Shown piece after piece: positions 1 through 10,739 of a stretch of DNA of 64,000 nt (positions are counted from its first letter, which is position 1; every line of letters begins with the position of its first letter). The stretch is from an uncultured Prolixibacteraceae bacterium (GTDB lineage Bacteria; Bacteroidota; Bacteroidia; Bacteroidales; FEN-979), in the NCBI GenBank assembly GCA_964473485.1, contig CAYYPH010000001.1, positions 65,722 through 129,721 of the forward strand, given 5' to 3'. The notes below the pieces were generated by a model. It did not search any database, had not been told where the DNA came from, and was given only the letters and a program-made list of their open reading frames with translations. Both the position numbers and the translations under genes were made by a program.

Positions 1-1
1 C

Positions 2-475
2 TCCCTGTCGTTATATGGCGCCTTTGGAGCTACCGGCTTCGGGTATGACAAACAACCCAATGAGTTTCTGAAATTTTATCCCATCGGATATGCCGGCCTT
101 CAATTGACCTATCCACTGTTTAACGGGACGGTCACAAAGCGGAAAATCAATCAGAAGAAACTGGAGGTCAGGAACAGCGAACTCCAGCAGCGCTTAATCG
201 CCGAGCAAACCACAATGCAGATTGACAACGCCCGACAGCAACGGCTGGTCGCACAACATTCAGTTGAAACGACCCGCTCACAAATAGCGCTTGGACAGTC
301 TGTTTACGGGCAAACGATTTTGCAGCAGGCCCAAGGCACGGCAGGTCTTCCGGACGTTCTGCTGGCTGACAATGCCTTGCGCGAAGCTCAGCAAAATTAT
401 CTGTTGGCGGTGGTTGAATATCTGAAGGCTGATCTGGAATTAAAAAAACTAACAGGAAACATTTTAAATAAATAA
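2..475 (+). CDS. TolC-family outer membrane efflux protein, C-terminal part (5' end lies outside the window)
   Basis: Frame 2 is open from the window edge (SLSLYGAFGATGFGYDKQ...) into the listed 104..475 ORF. The tail is helical and Q/L-rich (ALREAQQNYLLAVVEYLKADLELKKLTG), typical of OEP proteins. It ends 3 nt before an MFP-RND pair. Confidence 0.7.
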   Translation, partial: SLSLYGAFGATGFGYDKQPNEFLKFYPIGYAGLQLTYPLFNGTVTKRKINQKKLEVRNSELQQRLIAEQTTMQIDNARQQRLVAQHSVETTRSQIALGQSVYGQTILQQAQGTAGLPDVLLADNALREAQQNYLLAVVEYLKADLELKKLTGNILNK

Positions 476-478
476 CCA

Positions 479-1528
479 ATGAAAAAAGCGCTTTATATCA
501 TCATCCCAATCCTGCTGTTCGCCATCGTGGCGATTCGTTTACTGAATAATAAGGAAACAGCCCGGCAAAGAATTTATCAAAACAACAAGGAAGAAGCCGT
601 CAATGTGAAGGCCGACACCCTGCATCCGGAAAATGCTGGCGCTGATTATTCGTTTTCCGGCGCCTTTGAACCGTATAAGGAGACGAAACTCAGCGCTGAA
701 ATCCAGGGGAAGATCAATGCCATTCTGGTAGATGCAGGAAGCCACGTAAGAAAGGGACAACCCATATTACAACTCGATAACTCATTGCTGAAACTGCAAC
801 TTCAGTCAGTCGCAGTTCAAATCGAAGGCCTGGAGGCGGATGTGAAGCGTTATACGATCCTCACAAATGCCGACGCCGTTCAGGGAGTGCTCCTCGAGAA
901 AGCGGAACTTGGTTTGAAATCTGCCAGGGTTCAACGTAACACCTTATTGGAGCAGATCAGCAAAACAACCATAACCGCGCCGTTTGATGGAATAGTAACT
1001 GCAAAACTGACCGAGGCAGGCGCATTTGCAGCCCCGGGCGTACCGTTGCTTCAAATCACAGATATATCCCAACTGAAATTTACTGTATCGGTTCCCGAAG
1101 CGGATTTGAATTTGTTTAACAGCGACCGTTCCTATGAAGTGGTTGCCGATGCTTTTCCCGAGATCGCACTCGCGGGTAAAGCAACTTTGATTGGTAGCAG
1201 GGCCAATGTGGGCGGCAGTTTCCCGGTGCAGTTCACGGTGAAAAATACCCCGGGATTAACAATCAAAGCCGGAATGTTTGGCAGCGTGATTTTATCAGAA
1301 GCGAAAGGCGGTAAAAGCATGATTATCCCGGCTTCTGCCATTGTCGGGTCATCCCTTCATCCGCAGGTTTACCTGATTCAAAATGGCAAAGCCGTCATTA
1401 AAGAGATCACCGTATCAGCGCGAATGAAAAACAAAGCAGTGGTAAGCACCGGATTAACAGAAGGCGATATAATGATCACCGGTGGGTTCATCAACCTTTT
1501 TGATGGCGCCAATGTCAACGTTCAATAA
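479..1528 (+). CDS. efflux RND transporter periplasmic adaptor (MFP/HlyD family)
   Basis: 349 aa with an N-terminal membrane anchor (ALYIIIPILLFAIVAI). It has a lipoyl/hairpin/beta-barrel layout (GQPILQLDN ... ITAPFDGIVTA). It sits between the OEP and RND genes. Confidence 0.85.
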   Translation: MKKALYIIIPILLFAIVAIRLLNNKETARQRIYQNNKEEAVNVKADTLHPENAGADYSFSGAFEPYKETKLSAEIQGKINAILVDAGSHVRKGQPILQLDNSLLKLQLQSVAVQIEGLEADVKRYTILTNADAVQGVLLEKAELGLKSARVQRNTLLEQISKTTITAPFDGIVTAKLTEAGAFAAPGVPLLQITDISQLKFTVSVPEADLNLFNSDRSYEVVADAFPEIALAGKATLIGSRANVGGSFPVQFTVKNTPGLTIKAGMFGSVILSEAKGGKSMIIPASAIVGSSLHPQVYLIQNGKAVIKEITVSARMKNKAVVSTGLTEGDIMITGGFINLFDGANVNVQ

Positions 1529-1539
1529 ACCAGCGAGCC

Positions 1540-4500
1540 ATGAATATCACACAAATATCAATCAACCGTCCTTCGCTGATCATCGTGCTTTTCAGCGTGT
1601 TAACCTTACTGGGGATCATCGGTTATAAAAACCTGAGTTATGAATTGCTTCCCGACTTCAACCAGCCGGTCGTGGTCATTAAGACCGTTTATCCCGGAGC
1701 AGAACCCAATGAAGTAGAAACATCTGTTTCCAGAAAAATAGAGGACGCTTTGTCGAATCTTGAAGGGGTTGATTACCTGGAAACGAAGTCGATGCCCAAT
1801 GCTTCCATCATTATTGCGAACCTGAAATACGGCACAAACCTGAACACTGCCATGCAGGATGCACAGCGCTACATCGATAATATCCGCAAGGATTTACCTG
1901 CCGATATTTTAAGTCCGGTGATGAGCAAGGTTTCGCCAAATGACTTACCCATTATTTCGATCAGCGCTAAAAGCAATCTGCCTGCCACTGAATTTTATCA
2001 GAAGATGAAGGATGAATTCCTGCCACAAATCCAGCAATTGAAAGGGGTGGCCGAAATCACGCTTTTAGGTGGCGAAGAGCGGGAAATTCAGGTTAAGGTC
2101 AATCAGGAGAAATTGAAATTCTACAAAATCTCGCTTTTTCAGGTTGTTGAGGCCATCAATCATTCAGGTTTAGACATACCGGCGGGGAAAGTGCAAACCG
2201 ATAACGAAAATAATTCAGTTCGTTTAACCGGGAAATTCGCAACTACCAGTGATATTATGAACGTGCAGGTAGCCATGCCGGTTCCGGGCAATCCGGTGTA
2301 TGTAAAAGATGTTGCCGCCGTGATCGATGGCATTAAGGAGATGACCTCCGTGAGCCGGTTTAATGGAGCCAACGGAATAGGCCTATTATTGAAGAAGCAA
2401 GGAGACGCCAATGCCGTTGAGGTGTCAAAACTCGTACGGGAAAAAATCAAAGACATTGAAGGGCAAAACGAGCAGTCGGGCGTGAAATTTACGATTGCTG
2501 ACGATTCGACCGACAAGACCATTGCGGCCGTTAATTCTGTGGTATTCGACCTTACCCTGGCAGTCATCCTGGTTTCGCTGGTGATGCTATTGTTTTTAAG
2601 AAGTTACAGAAACTCTCTCATCGTATTAATTGCAATACCAACGTCGCTGGTTACCGCCTTTGCCATGATGTGGTTGCTGGGATTCACCCTGAACCTGATG
2701 ACCCTGCTTGCCATGTCGTTAATCATTGGCATTCTGGTGGATGATGCCACTGTGGTTTTAGAAAACATCCAGCGGCATCTGGACATGGGAAAAGAAAAGC
2801 GCATAGCGGCCATGGATGGTCGTATGGAGATCGGGTTCTCTGCGCTGTCAATCACCCTGGTTGATGTGGTGGTGTTCCTGCCCATCCTGTTCCTGCAGGT
2901 TTTTGTGGCCGATATGCTGAAACAATTTTCGATCGTTGTCATTACCTCCACGTTGACCAGCTTATTGGTAGGATTTACGTTAACGCCCTGGCTGGCTTCC
3001 CGGATAGGAAAGAAGGAAGATCTGCAACCTACAAACTTCCTGAACCGCTTCCTGCTTTGGTTTGAGCGCCAATTGCAGCAATTCATTGAATGGTATGGCA
3101 AACAACTGGAATGGGTCTTCAACCATAAACTCATTTTTACCGGCTTTGTCATTTTTTTGCTGGTATTGACCGGTGTCATGATGAAACAAGGCATTGTTGG
3201 CAAGGAGATGATGTCAACAGGCGATCAAGGTAAATTCAGGATGAACCTGGAATTCGACAAAACGACAACTGTTCAGCAAAACAACATCATTTCGAACAAG
3301 ATCGAGAATTTCATTTTACAGCAGCCTGAAGTGTCAAGCCTCTTCAGCAACATTGCCGGTCCAAGCACCGGAATCGGAAGCCTGGGAGTAGGCTCATTTA
3401 ACCTAACGGAATTCACCATTCAGCTAAAGCCGGAAGAAGACCGGGATATAAGCACCGAGGCCTATATGAAATCGCTTCGCGAAGAACTGAAAAGGTTATT
3501 CCCGGGCGTTAATTTTTCAATGGCCGTGCTGGGATTGCTTCCGAAAGCATCGCCCATAAAAATCACTTTGAGCGGAAAAAATCCGGATCAGGTATTAAAA
3601 ACCGGGGCCGAACTGAAATCGATCATTGAAAAAATTCCCGGTGCCGATAATGTCAATCTCTCGGTTGAAGAAGGAAATCCCGAATACAAGGTGAATCCTG
3701 ATAAGGATAAAATGCAGAGTTTGGGATTAACTACTGCTTATGTGGGATTGAATTTAAGAACAGCTTTTACAGGAAATGATGACGCCACATTAACCGAGCA
3801 TGGCGTTGAATATCCGGTTAGAATCTGGTTAGACGATTTCGACCGGAAAAATTTTGAAGATGTGCAACGTCTTGCCATTGTCAACCCTCAGAACATACCG
3901 GTTGAAGTGTCTCAATTTGCGGCAGTGAAGCAGGATAATTCACCCTCATTGCTCGAAAGGTTAGACCGTCAGCCCTCGGTGACCCTTACTGCCGAATCGT
4001 TTGGACGGCCTTCGGGCACGTTGGCCGACGATGTAATCAGCTATCTTAAAACAAAACCACTACCTGCGGATGTGAAACTAACCTGGGGTGGCGACATTAA
4101 AACCCAAAATGAAAGTTTCGGGGCACTCGGTTCAGTGCTGCTCATTTCGTTTCTGTTGATTTACCTGATTATGGTAGCGCTTTATGACAATTACATATAT
4201 CCGTTTGTGGCTTTGTTTTCGATTCCGGTTGCATCAATAGGGGCGTTTCTGGCCTTAAATCTATCACTGAACGATTTAACCCTGTTTGCGCAACTTGGGT
4301 TAATCATGCTCATGGGGTTAGTAACAAAAAATGCAATTCTCATCGTTGATTTCACCAATCAGCTCAAATCGCAAGGCAAACATTTTAAGGAGGCTTTAAT
4401 CATTGCAGGGAAAGAGCGTATGCGGCCCATACTCATGACGACGCTATCGATGGTGATCGGCATGTTGCCCATCGCCCTGGCAAAAGGGACAGCCAGCGAA

Positions 4501-4635
4501 TGGAAAAACGGACTGGCCTGGGTCATCATCGGCGGACTGCTGTCATCCCTGATCCTGACGGTCTATCTGGTACCCATGGTGTATTACGTGGTAGATACTT
4601 TAAAAGAAAAGCTAGCTAAAAGAACTGCGGAATAA
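1540..4635 (+). CDS. efflux RND transporter permease (AcrB/CzcA family)
   Basis: 1031 aa with a 12-TM layout and two large periplasmic loops. Conserved RND segments are present (SLIIGILVDDATVVLENI, LMGLVTKNAILIVDF). Confidence 0.9.
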   Translation: MNITQISINRPSLIIVLFSVLTLLGIIGYKNLSYELLPDFNQPVVVIKTVYPGAEPNEVETSVSRKIEDALSNLEGVDYLETKSMPNASIIIANLKYGTNLNTAMQDAQRYIDNIRKDLPADILSPVMSKVSPNDLPIISISAKSNLPATEFYQKMKDEFLPQIQQLKGVAEITLLGGEEREIQVKVNQEKLKFYKISLFQVVEAINHSGLDIPAGKVQTDNENNSVRLTGKFATTSDIMNVQVAMPVPGNPVYVKDVAAVIDGIKEMTSVSRFNGANGIGLLLKKQGDANAVEVSKLVREKIKDIEGQNEQSGVKFTIADDSTDKTIAAVNSVVFDLTLAVILVSLVMLLFLRSYRNSLIVLIAIPTSLVTAFAMMWLLGFTLNLMTLLAMSLIIGILVDDATVVLENIQRHLDMGKEKRIAAMDGRMEIGFSALSITLVDVVVFLPILFLQVFVADMLKQFSIVVITSTLTSLLVGFTLTPWLASRIGKKEDLQPTNFLNRFLLWFERQLQQFIEWYGKQLEWVFNHKLIFTGFVIFLLVLTGVMMKQGIVGKEMMSTGDQGKFRMNLEFDKTTTVQQNNIISNKIENFILQQPEVSSLFSNIAGPSTGIGSLGVGSFNLTEFTIQLKPEEDRDISTEAYMKSLREELKRLFPGVNFSMAVLGLLPKASPIKITLSGKNPDQVLKTGAELKSIIEKIPGADNVNLSVEEGNPEYKVNPDKDKMQSLGLTTAYVGLNLRTAFTGNDDATLTEHGVEYPVRIWLDDFDRKNFEDVQRLAIVNPQNIPVEVSQFAAVKQDNSPSLLERLDRQPSVTLTAESFGRPSGTLADDVISYLKTKPLPADVKLTWGGDIKTQNESFGALGSVLLISFLLIYLIMVALYDNYIYPFVALFSIPVASIGAFLALNLSLNDLTLFAQLGLIMLMGLVTKNAILIVDFTNQLKSQGKHFKEALIIAGKERMRPILMTTLSMVIGMLPIALAKGTASEWKNGLAWVIIGGLLSSLILTVYLVPMVYYVVDTLKEKLAKRTAE

Positions 4636-4701
4636 CGGCAATGCCACGATCAGCGGGTTATCCGTGAATAATTACCAGGATGTTCGAATTACTGTAAAAA
4701 A

Positions 4702-6021
4702 ATGAAAACCATGAAAAACAAAGTGAAAAAATGTGAGGGAAAACTTGGCATTTTGCTTCCCGGACTGGGCGCCGTGGCTACCACCATGATCGCCGGTGTT
4801 TTTGCCATAAAAAAAGGCATCGGATTACCCATTGGTTCTTATACGCAGATCGGAAATATCAGATTGGGAAAGAGAACCGATAATCGCAACCCGAAGATTA
4901 AGGATTTTGTTCCACTGGCAAGCCTTGACGACATTATTTTTGGCGGATGGGACATATTCGAAGACAATGCCTATGAGGCCGCCTCCAATGCCGGTGTGAT
5001 CGAGCAGCAACTGCTTGATAAACTGAAACCGGAGCTTTCTGCCATTCGACCTATGAAAGCTGTTTTTGATAAAAAATTCGTTCACAACCTTGATGGGAAA
5101 AACATTAAATCGGCGCTTACAAAAATGGACCTGGCGGATGAGTTAATCCGGGACATGGAGGAGTTCAAGGTTAAGAACGATTGTTCACGGCTGGTTATGG
5201 TTTGGTGCGCATCTACTGAAGTTTATATGGAGGTAGGCAATGTCCATCAATCACTGGAGGCTTTTGAAGACGGATTGCGTAGCAACCATCATCAGATTGC
5301 TCCCAGTATGATTTATGCCTATGCAGCGATCAAATCAGGAATTCCATTTGCCAATGGAGCCCCAAACCTTTCATGCGATTTCCCTGCCATGGTTGAACTG
5401 GCTGAAAAAACCAAAACTCCCATCGGAGGAAAAGATTTTAAAACAGGCCAGACACTGATGAAAACGATCATAGCGCCAGGCCTGAAGGCCAGGAACATCG
5501 GCGTAGATGGATGGTTTTCAACCAATATTCTTGGAAACCGCGATGGAGAAGTGCTCGATGATCCCGAGAGTTTTAAAACAAAAGAGGTTTCAAAGCTTGG
5601 CAGCCTGAGTAATATCTTTGAGCCTGAACTCAATCCCGACCTTTACAGCGATATCTATCACAAGATACGGATCAATTATTATCCACCCCGTGGCGACAAT
5701 AAGGAGAGTTGGGATAACATCGACATTTTCGGATGGCTTGATTATAAAATGCAAATCAAGATCAATTTTCTATGCCGCGATTCCATTCTGGCTGCGCCGA
5801 TTGTGCTTGATCTCGCGCTCCTGATCGATCTTGCAAAGCGCACCGGGATGTCGGGCATCCAGGAATGGTTGTCTTTCTTTTTTAAATCTCCACAGTCCGC
5901 GCCGGGGTTAGTCCCCATGCATGATCTGTTCAGGCAACTGATGAAACTCGAAAACACCCTGCGCCACTTGCAAGGCGAAAACCTTATCACACACCTTGGA
6001 CTCGATTACTATGAAAAGTAG
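4702..6021 (+). CDS. myo-inositol-1-phosphate synthase (inositol-3-phosphate synthase)
   Basis: 439 aa with an N-terminal dinucleotide-binding loop (LGILLPGLGAVATTMIAG). The overall sequence resembles Bacteroides-type MIPS. It is followed by pgpA-like, CDP-alcohol transferase and PAP2-like genes. Confidence 0.85.
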   Translation: MKTMKNKVKKCEGKLGILLPGLGAVATTMIAGVFAIKKGIGLPIGSYTQIGNIRLGKRTDNRNPKIKDFVPLASLDDIIFGGWDIFEDNAYEAASNAGVIEQQLLDKLKPELSAIRPMKAVFDKKFVHNLDGKNIKSALTKMDLADELIRDMEEFKVKNDCSRLVMVWCASTEVYMEVGNVHQSLEAFEDGLRSNHHQIAPSMIYAYAAIKSGIPFANGAPNLSCDFPAMVELAEKTKTPIGGKDFKTGQTLMKTIIAPGLKARNIGVDGWFSTNILGNRDGEVLDDPESFKTKEVSKLGSLSNIFEPELNPDLYSDIYHKIRINYYPPRGDNKESWDNIDIFGWLDYKMQIKINFLCRDSILAAPIVLDLALLIDLAKRTGMSGIQEWLSFFFKSPQSAPGLVPMHDLFRQLMKLENTLRHLQGENLITHLGLDYYEK

Positions 6022-6487
6022 CGCATTGTCAGTATGGAAGCTGATCGTTACAGGATTCGGTTTAGGGTACAGTCCTGTTGCCCCGGGAACCATGGGCGCC
6101 CTTGGCGCCCTGGTTCCCGCAATCCTGATCCTCCGTTACGCTCCGAATCCTGATCTGATACTGGGAAGCCTCGCGCTGGTCTTTACAATCCTGGGGATTA
6201 TTGGTTCAAAAAAACTTCAGCATCAATGGGGTAAAGATCCATCCCGCATCGTGGTTGATGAGATGGTCGGCATGTGGATCAGCCTGCTGTGGCTTGGAGC
6301 AGGATGGGTAACCATGCTGTCGGCATTTATCCTCTTCAGGTTCTTTGATATCGTGAAACCATTGGGAATTCATAAAACAGAACAACTCCCTGGAGGGGTA
6401 GGGGTTATGGCCGACGATATACTGGCAGGGATTTATGCGAACCTGCTGCTGCAAATTGTATTCAGAATAATTCCAGGTTTGATATGA
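6011..6487 (+). CDS. pgpA: phosphatidylglycerophosphatase A family protein (candidate phosphatidylinositol-phosphate phosphatase)
   Basis: The first ATG at 6011 overlaps the MIPS stop. PgpA signatures are present: GFGLGYSPVAPGTMGAL, FRFFDIVKP, GVMADDILAGIYANL. Confidence 0.8.
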   Translation: MKSSALSVWKLIVTGFGLGYSPVAPGTMGALGALVPAILILRYAPNPDLILGSLALVFTILGIIGSKKLQHQWGKDPSRIVVDEMVGMWISLLWLGAGWVTMLSAFILFRFFDIVKPLGIHKTEQLPGGVGVMADDILAGIYANLLLQIVFRIIPGLI

Positions 6488-6903
6488 CGAAGCAAACGCT
6501 GAATAAATTCCTCAGAGCCCAGCTCTCTTCACTAATATCTACGATGGTAGATTTTGGAGTTACGATTTTTCTGAAGGAACTGTCCGGGATGGGATACCTG
6601 TTCAGCACATCGGTTGGTTCAATCCTTGGCGGGATCACAAACTTTGCACTTGGACGGCAATGGGTTTTTAATGCGGCAGGATTGTCGGCGGGATCACAAG
6701 CTATGCGTTATCTGCTGGTTTGGGGTGGCAGCATCATTCTCAATATCGGCGGGGTGTGGTTATTGACCGGAATTGGGAACTTTAACTACCTGCATTCGAA
6801 AATATTAACGACTGTATTGGTGGGGATTTTCTTTAACTACCAGTTGCAAAACACCTTTGTTTTCAAATTAACTCATGAAAACCGGGAAACAACATCCATA
6901 TAA
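6484..6903 (+). CDS. GtrA-family membrane protein
   Basis: ATGA overlap with the pgpA stop. It is a 139-aa, 4-TM protein with GtrA-like FALGRQWVF and FFNYQLQNTFVF segments. Confidence 0.7.
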   Translation: MTKQTLNKFLRAQLSSLISTMVDFGVTIFLKELSGMGYLFSTSVGSILGGITNFALGRQWVFNAAGLSAGSQAMRYLLVWGGSIILNIGGVWLLTGIGNFNYLHSKILTTVLVGIFFNYQLQNTFVFKLTHENRETTSI

Positions 6904-9451
6904 GTGGTTACTCATCTTGCTGCTCTTCCCGTTTTTTGGCGAAGCTCAGAACACCGGCGAGGTCATCGTCAAAGGCATGATAACGAATGCTATAACAAAT
7001 GAACCGTTACCATTTGTAACCGTTGTTTTGATTAATTCCAACGCCGGAACTGTCACTGATCCAGATGGAAAATTCACCCTTACAGGGAAAAAACATTCCA
7101 ATCAGATCAAAATTTCCTGTATCGGATTCGAAACGATTGAAGTGCCTTTTTCTCCCGGGAAGTCACAAACAATTGACATTAAACTAAAACCTCAGACCCA
7201 ATATCTGAAGGAAGTTGAGGTAAAACCAACCAAAATCCGTTACCGGAACAAAGACAATCCTGCCGTTGCCTTGATTGGTCAGGCGATTGCACACAAGGAT
7301 GGAAACCGCAAAGAAAACCTGTCTTCCTACAGTTATGAGAAATATGAAAAAACACAATTCGCCCTCAGCAACCTCACCGAAAAATTCAAAAACCGCAGGT
7401 CTCTCAAAAAGTTCAAATTCATTTTCAACAACGTCGACACAACAAAACTCAGTGGGAAAGAGATTCTGCCGCTATTTCTAAAGGAGACCCTGTCTGATTT
7501 TTACTTTCAGAAATCGCCAAAGGAAAACCGTGAGGTTATCAAGGCAAACAAAATGGTGACTTTCGAAGGATACCTTAATAACAAGGGAATGACGGAGTAT
7601 ATCAAATACATGTATCAGGACATCAATATCTATGAAAATGACATAACCTTTCTGACCAACAATTTTTTAAGCCCGATCGCCTCCAGCGCCCCATCGTTTT
7701 ACCGTTTTTTCATCATGGATACGGTGAAAGTTGACAGTATTCGTTGCTACAAAATGCTATTTGCCCCCAGGAATAAAACCGATATGTTGTTCCAGGGATT
7801 TCTGTTCATCACAGCCGACAGCAATTATGCAGTAAAAAGGATTGAAATGTCAATACCATCGCAGATAAACCTTAACTGGGCCAAAGAGGTTAAAATCATC
7901 CAGAATTTTTCAAAAATTGGAAACGACCGGTGGATGTTAACAAGCGATATGATTGGCATCGATTTCGGACTGACTAAGGATAAATTAGGAATTTATGGAG
8001 AACGGGCGGTATCCTATAAGGAAATCAGGTTAAATCAGCCGATCGCCGACTCCATTCTGCAATTCGATAAAGTGGTTGAACGCGATGGCAGCAACGGGCG
8101 CGACTCAACCTATTGGGCGCTCAACCGGCACGATTCGCTCACGAAGACCGAACGCGACACCTACGCAATGATCGACAGCGTGAAGCGGCTGCCGGTGTTC
8201 AAAAACTTTATGAACATTGCCATGCTTTTTGTTGCAGGATACAGAGATCTTGGATATTTTGAAATAGGTCCTGTCAACACGTTTTACAGTTATAATCCGG
8301 TTGAAGGTTACCGGTTGCGTGTTGGTGGGCGGACTACCGATAAGTTCAGCAAGCGCGTCAATCTGGAAACTTACGTAGCGTATGGATTTACTGACAAAAA
8401 AGTCAAATATTACCTGGGAACAACCTTATCCCTGACAGAGCGGTCGATATTTGACTTCCCCGTAAAGTCTCTCAGGGCGAGCATCCAGGATGAAACAAAA
8501 ATTCCCGGGCAGGAGTTACAGTTCGTGCAGGAGGATAACTTTTTGCTCTCCTTCAAACGCGGGGTGAACAACAAACTTTTTTACAACAAAACGTTCCGTT
8601 TCGAATATCTTAACGAATTTACCAACCATTTCTCATTCAACATTGCCTACCAGTTCTTGCGCCAACGACCAGGCGGGGATCTCTATTTCAACAGCGTTGA
8701 TTACCTTCAGCACACCAATGATCCGGCTTTTATTGATATTTCAGAGGTCTCACTTACCCTGAGGTATGCGCCAGAAGAACATTTCTACCAGGGAAAGCAA
8801 TATCGTATCCCAATTGCGAACAAATACCCGGTTACAAGACTTCAATTGACCTACGGTTCAAAGTATCTGCAAAATGATTACGATTATCTGAATGTAAGAC
8901 TCAGTGTAAGCAAACGCTTTTATCTTTCGGTGCTGGGCTATACTGATGTCATTTTGGAGGGAGGGAAGATATTCGGTAAAGTTCCCTATCCGTTGCTATT
9001 CATTCACCGGGCCAACCAAACCTACTCGTACCAGATTGCCTCTTATAACCTGATGAACTTTTTGGAATTTGTAAGCGATGAATATGTATCACTGAACATA
9101 GATCACTGTTTCAACGGATTTTTCTTTAACAAGATCCCGCTGATCAAAAAGCTGAAGTGGCGTGAATTTGTCACGGCCAAAGTCCTTTTCGGGCGACTGA
9201 CAACATCAAATAATCCCCTTTACAATCCTGATCTCTTCCGATTTCCCGTTGAACCTATTGGTTTGCCGGGAGAAACTGCCGGAATGCCAGTAACTTTTGC
9301 ACTGAATGAAGGCCCCTACGTTGAGGTGAGCGCCGGGATCGGAAACATACTGAAATTATTCAGGGTCGAATTTGTCAACCGGCTCACTTATCTCAATCAT
9401 CCTTTTGTGTCAAATTTCGGCGTCAGGATCAGATTTAAATTTGATTTTTAA
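6875..9451 (+). CDS. secreted CarboxypepD_reg-like domain protein with a large beta-rich C-terminal region (DUF5686-like)
   Basis: Signal peptide (WLLILLLFPFFGEAQ). N-terminal carboxypeptidase-regulatory-like fold motif (VIVKGMITNAITNEPLPFVTVVL..TDPDGKFTL). The C-terminus ends in an aromatic residue (..RIRFKFDF), like outer-membrane proteins. Confidence 0.6.
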   Translation: MKTGKQHPYKWLLILLLFPFFGEAQNTGEVIVKGMITNAITNEPLPFVTVVLINSNAGTVTDPDGKFTLTGKKHSNQIKISCIGFETIEVPFSPGKSQTIDIKLKPQTQYLKEVEVKPTKIRYRNKDNPAVALIGQAIAHKDGNRKENLSSYSYEKYEKTQFALSNLTEKFKNRRSLKKFKFIFNNVDTTKLSGKEILPLFLKETLSDFYFQKSPKENREVIKANKMVTFEGYLNNKGMTEYIKYMYQDINIYENDITFLTNNFLSPIASSAPSFYRFFIMDTVKVDSIRCYKMLFAPRNKTDMLFQGFLFITADSNYAVKRIEMSIPSQINLNWAKEVKIIQNFSKIGNDRWMLTSDMIGIDFGLTKDKLGIYGERAVSYKEIRLNQPIADSILQFDKVVERDGSNGRDSTYWALNRHDSLTKTERDTYAMIDSVKRLPVFKNFMNIAMLFVAGYRDLGYFEIGPVNTFYSYNPVEGYRLRVGGRTTDKFSKRVNLETYVAYGFTDKKVKYYLGTTLSLTERSIFDFPVKSLRASIQDETKIPGQELQFVQEDNFLLSFKRGVNNKLFYNKTFRFEYLNEFTNHFSFNIAYQFLRQRPGGDLYFNSVDYLQHTNDPAFIDISEVSLTLRYAPEEHFYQGKQYRIPIANKYPVTRLQLTYGSKYLQNDYDYLNVRLSVSKRFYLSVLGYTDVILEGGKIFGKVPYPLLFIHRANQTYSYQIASYNLMNFLEFVSDEYVSLNIDHCFNGFFFNKIPLIKKLKWREFVTAKVLFGRLTTSNNPLYNPDLFRFPVEPIGLPGETAGMPVTFALNEGPYVEVSAGIGNILKLFRVEFVNRLTYLNHPFVSNFGVRIRFKFDF

Positions 9452-9462
9452 AACATATAACG

Positions 9463-10236
9463 ATGAAAACAAAAGCACAATTATTGATTTACAGGTTAAT
9501 CCAGCCTCTGGTAAAGCGTTTGATCTTGATGCGGGTTACTCCCAACATGATCACGACCATGGGATTTTTACTCAACATCCTGGCGGCCATCGTCTTGATT
9601 TACGGAGCCGATCATGGTGAAAAAGGGGATCTTACTCCGCTCGGATGGGGTGGGGCGTTGATCCTCTTTGCCGGATTTTTCGACATCCTCGATGGCCGCC
9701 TCGCCCGTGAAGGCAAGATGGAAACCCCGTATGGCGCCCTGTACGATTCGGTGCTCGACCGTTACAGCGAATTGGTGATGTTCTTAGGGATTTGCTATTT
9801 TCTGGTGGCACATCATTATTTTTTAGCGTCCCTGTTTGGCTTTATCGCCCTCATCGGATCCATGATGGTGAGCTACATCAGGGCGCGGTCGGAAGGAATC
9901 GGCGTGGAATGTAAGGGCGGTTTGATGCAGCGGCCGGAACGCATAGTCATCATCGGGGCTTCTGCACTGATTTGCGGAATTGTCTCCTACTGGTCGGGGG
10001 GCAATCAAAAGACCTTTGCGCCCTGGTTCTCCTTTGCCATTATTGAGACGATCTCCATTTTCATCTACCCGTTGGTAGTCGTTGCTGTTCTTTCAAACAT
10101 GACGGCCATTCACCGGCTGATCCACAGCAAACATAAACTTGAAAAACAACCAAAATCCTCTGTCTGCCATGAAAACGAAATTCCTGATACTGCTCATGTG
10201 GCTTGGTCTTGCAGTACCCAGCCTTGCGGGGAATGA
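9463..10236 (+). CDS. CDP-alcohol phosphatidyltransferase (candidate phosphatidylinositol-phosphate synthase)
   Basis: The complete DG(x2)AR(x8)G(x3)D(x3)D motif is present: DGRLAREGKMETPYGALYDSVLD. It is a multi-TM protein. The C-terminal ~30 aa overlap the next gene and look non-conserved. Confidence 0.85.
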   Translation: MKTKAQLLIYRLIQPLVKRLILMRVTPNMITTMGFLLNILAAIVLIYGADHGEKGDLTPLGWGGALILFAGFFDILDGRLAREGKMETPYGALYDSVLDRYSELVMFLGICYFLVAHHYFLASLFGFIALIGSMMVSYIRARSEGIGVECKGGLMQRPERIVIIGASALICGIVSYWSGGNQKTFAPWFSFAIIETISIFIYPLVVVAVLSNMTAIHRLIHSKHKLEKQPKSSVCHENEIPDTAHVAWSCSTQPCGE

Positions 10237-10729
10237 AAGTACCCACAATCCGGCTGAAGGCGCTAATTATCCTGTGCCGCAACTTAACGAAAAGTTGCTG
10301 TTTTATGTGCAGCGAACCCATAACAGGAACACCGTCATTTATGAACTGAACTACCAGGCTGACGGAACTATTGATAAAAAGGAACCGCTGCATCCATTGT
10401 GGATCCGTTACGAGGAAGGTGGAGCCAGAAAAGAGCTCACCTACATACAGAACAGGGTTTACGGGCTGAATGTGAAGCAACTGAATAAAGATACCTGGCT
10501 GATACATTTCAGATCATACAGCAAGCGTGTCATCTACCTGAAGAGGAACGAAAAAAACAATACCTTCAGGGCAATGATCATTATCAATGGGAAAATGGCA
10601 AACCTGACCAATCTCTTTATCTGCTCGGTAACCAACAACTTAGGGATTCCGTCATCAGCCAAATACATTGATATCAGCGGAACTGATCCTGTTACAGGAG
10701 AAGTTATGCTGGAAAGGGTAATTCCATAA
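10169..10729 (+). CDS. secreted hypothetical protein (possibly DUF4833-like)
   Basis: An internal ATG at 10169 gives a clean signal peptide (MKTKFLILLMWLGLAVPSLAG). The mature part is beta-rich. The DUF4833 name is from memory only. Confidence 0.5.
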   Translation: MKTKFLILLMWLGLAVPSLAGNESTHNPAEGANYPVPQLNEKLLFYVQRTHNRNTVIYELNYQADGTIDKKEPLHPLWIRYEEGGARKELTYIQNRVYGLNVKQLNKDTWLIHFRSYSKRVIYLKRNEKNNTFRAMIIINGKMANLTNLFICSVTNNLGIPSSAKYIDISGTDPVTGEVMLERVIP

Positions 10730-10739
10730 TTCGGGTAAG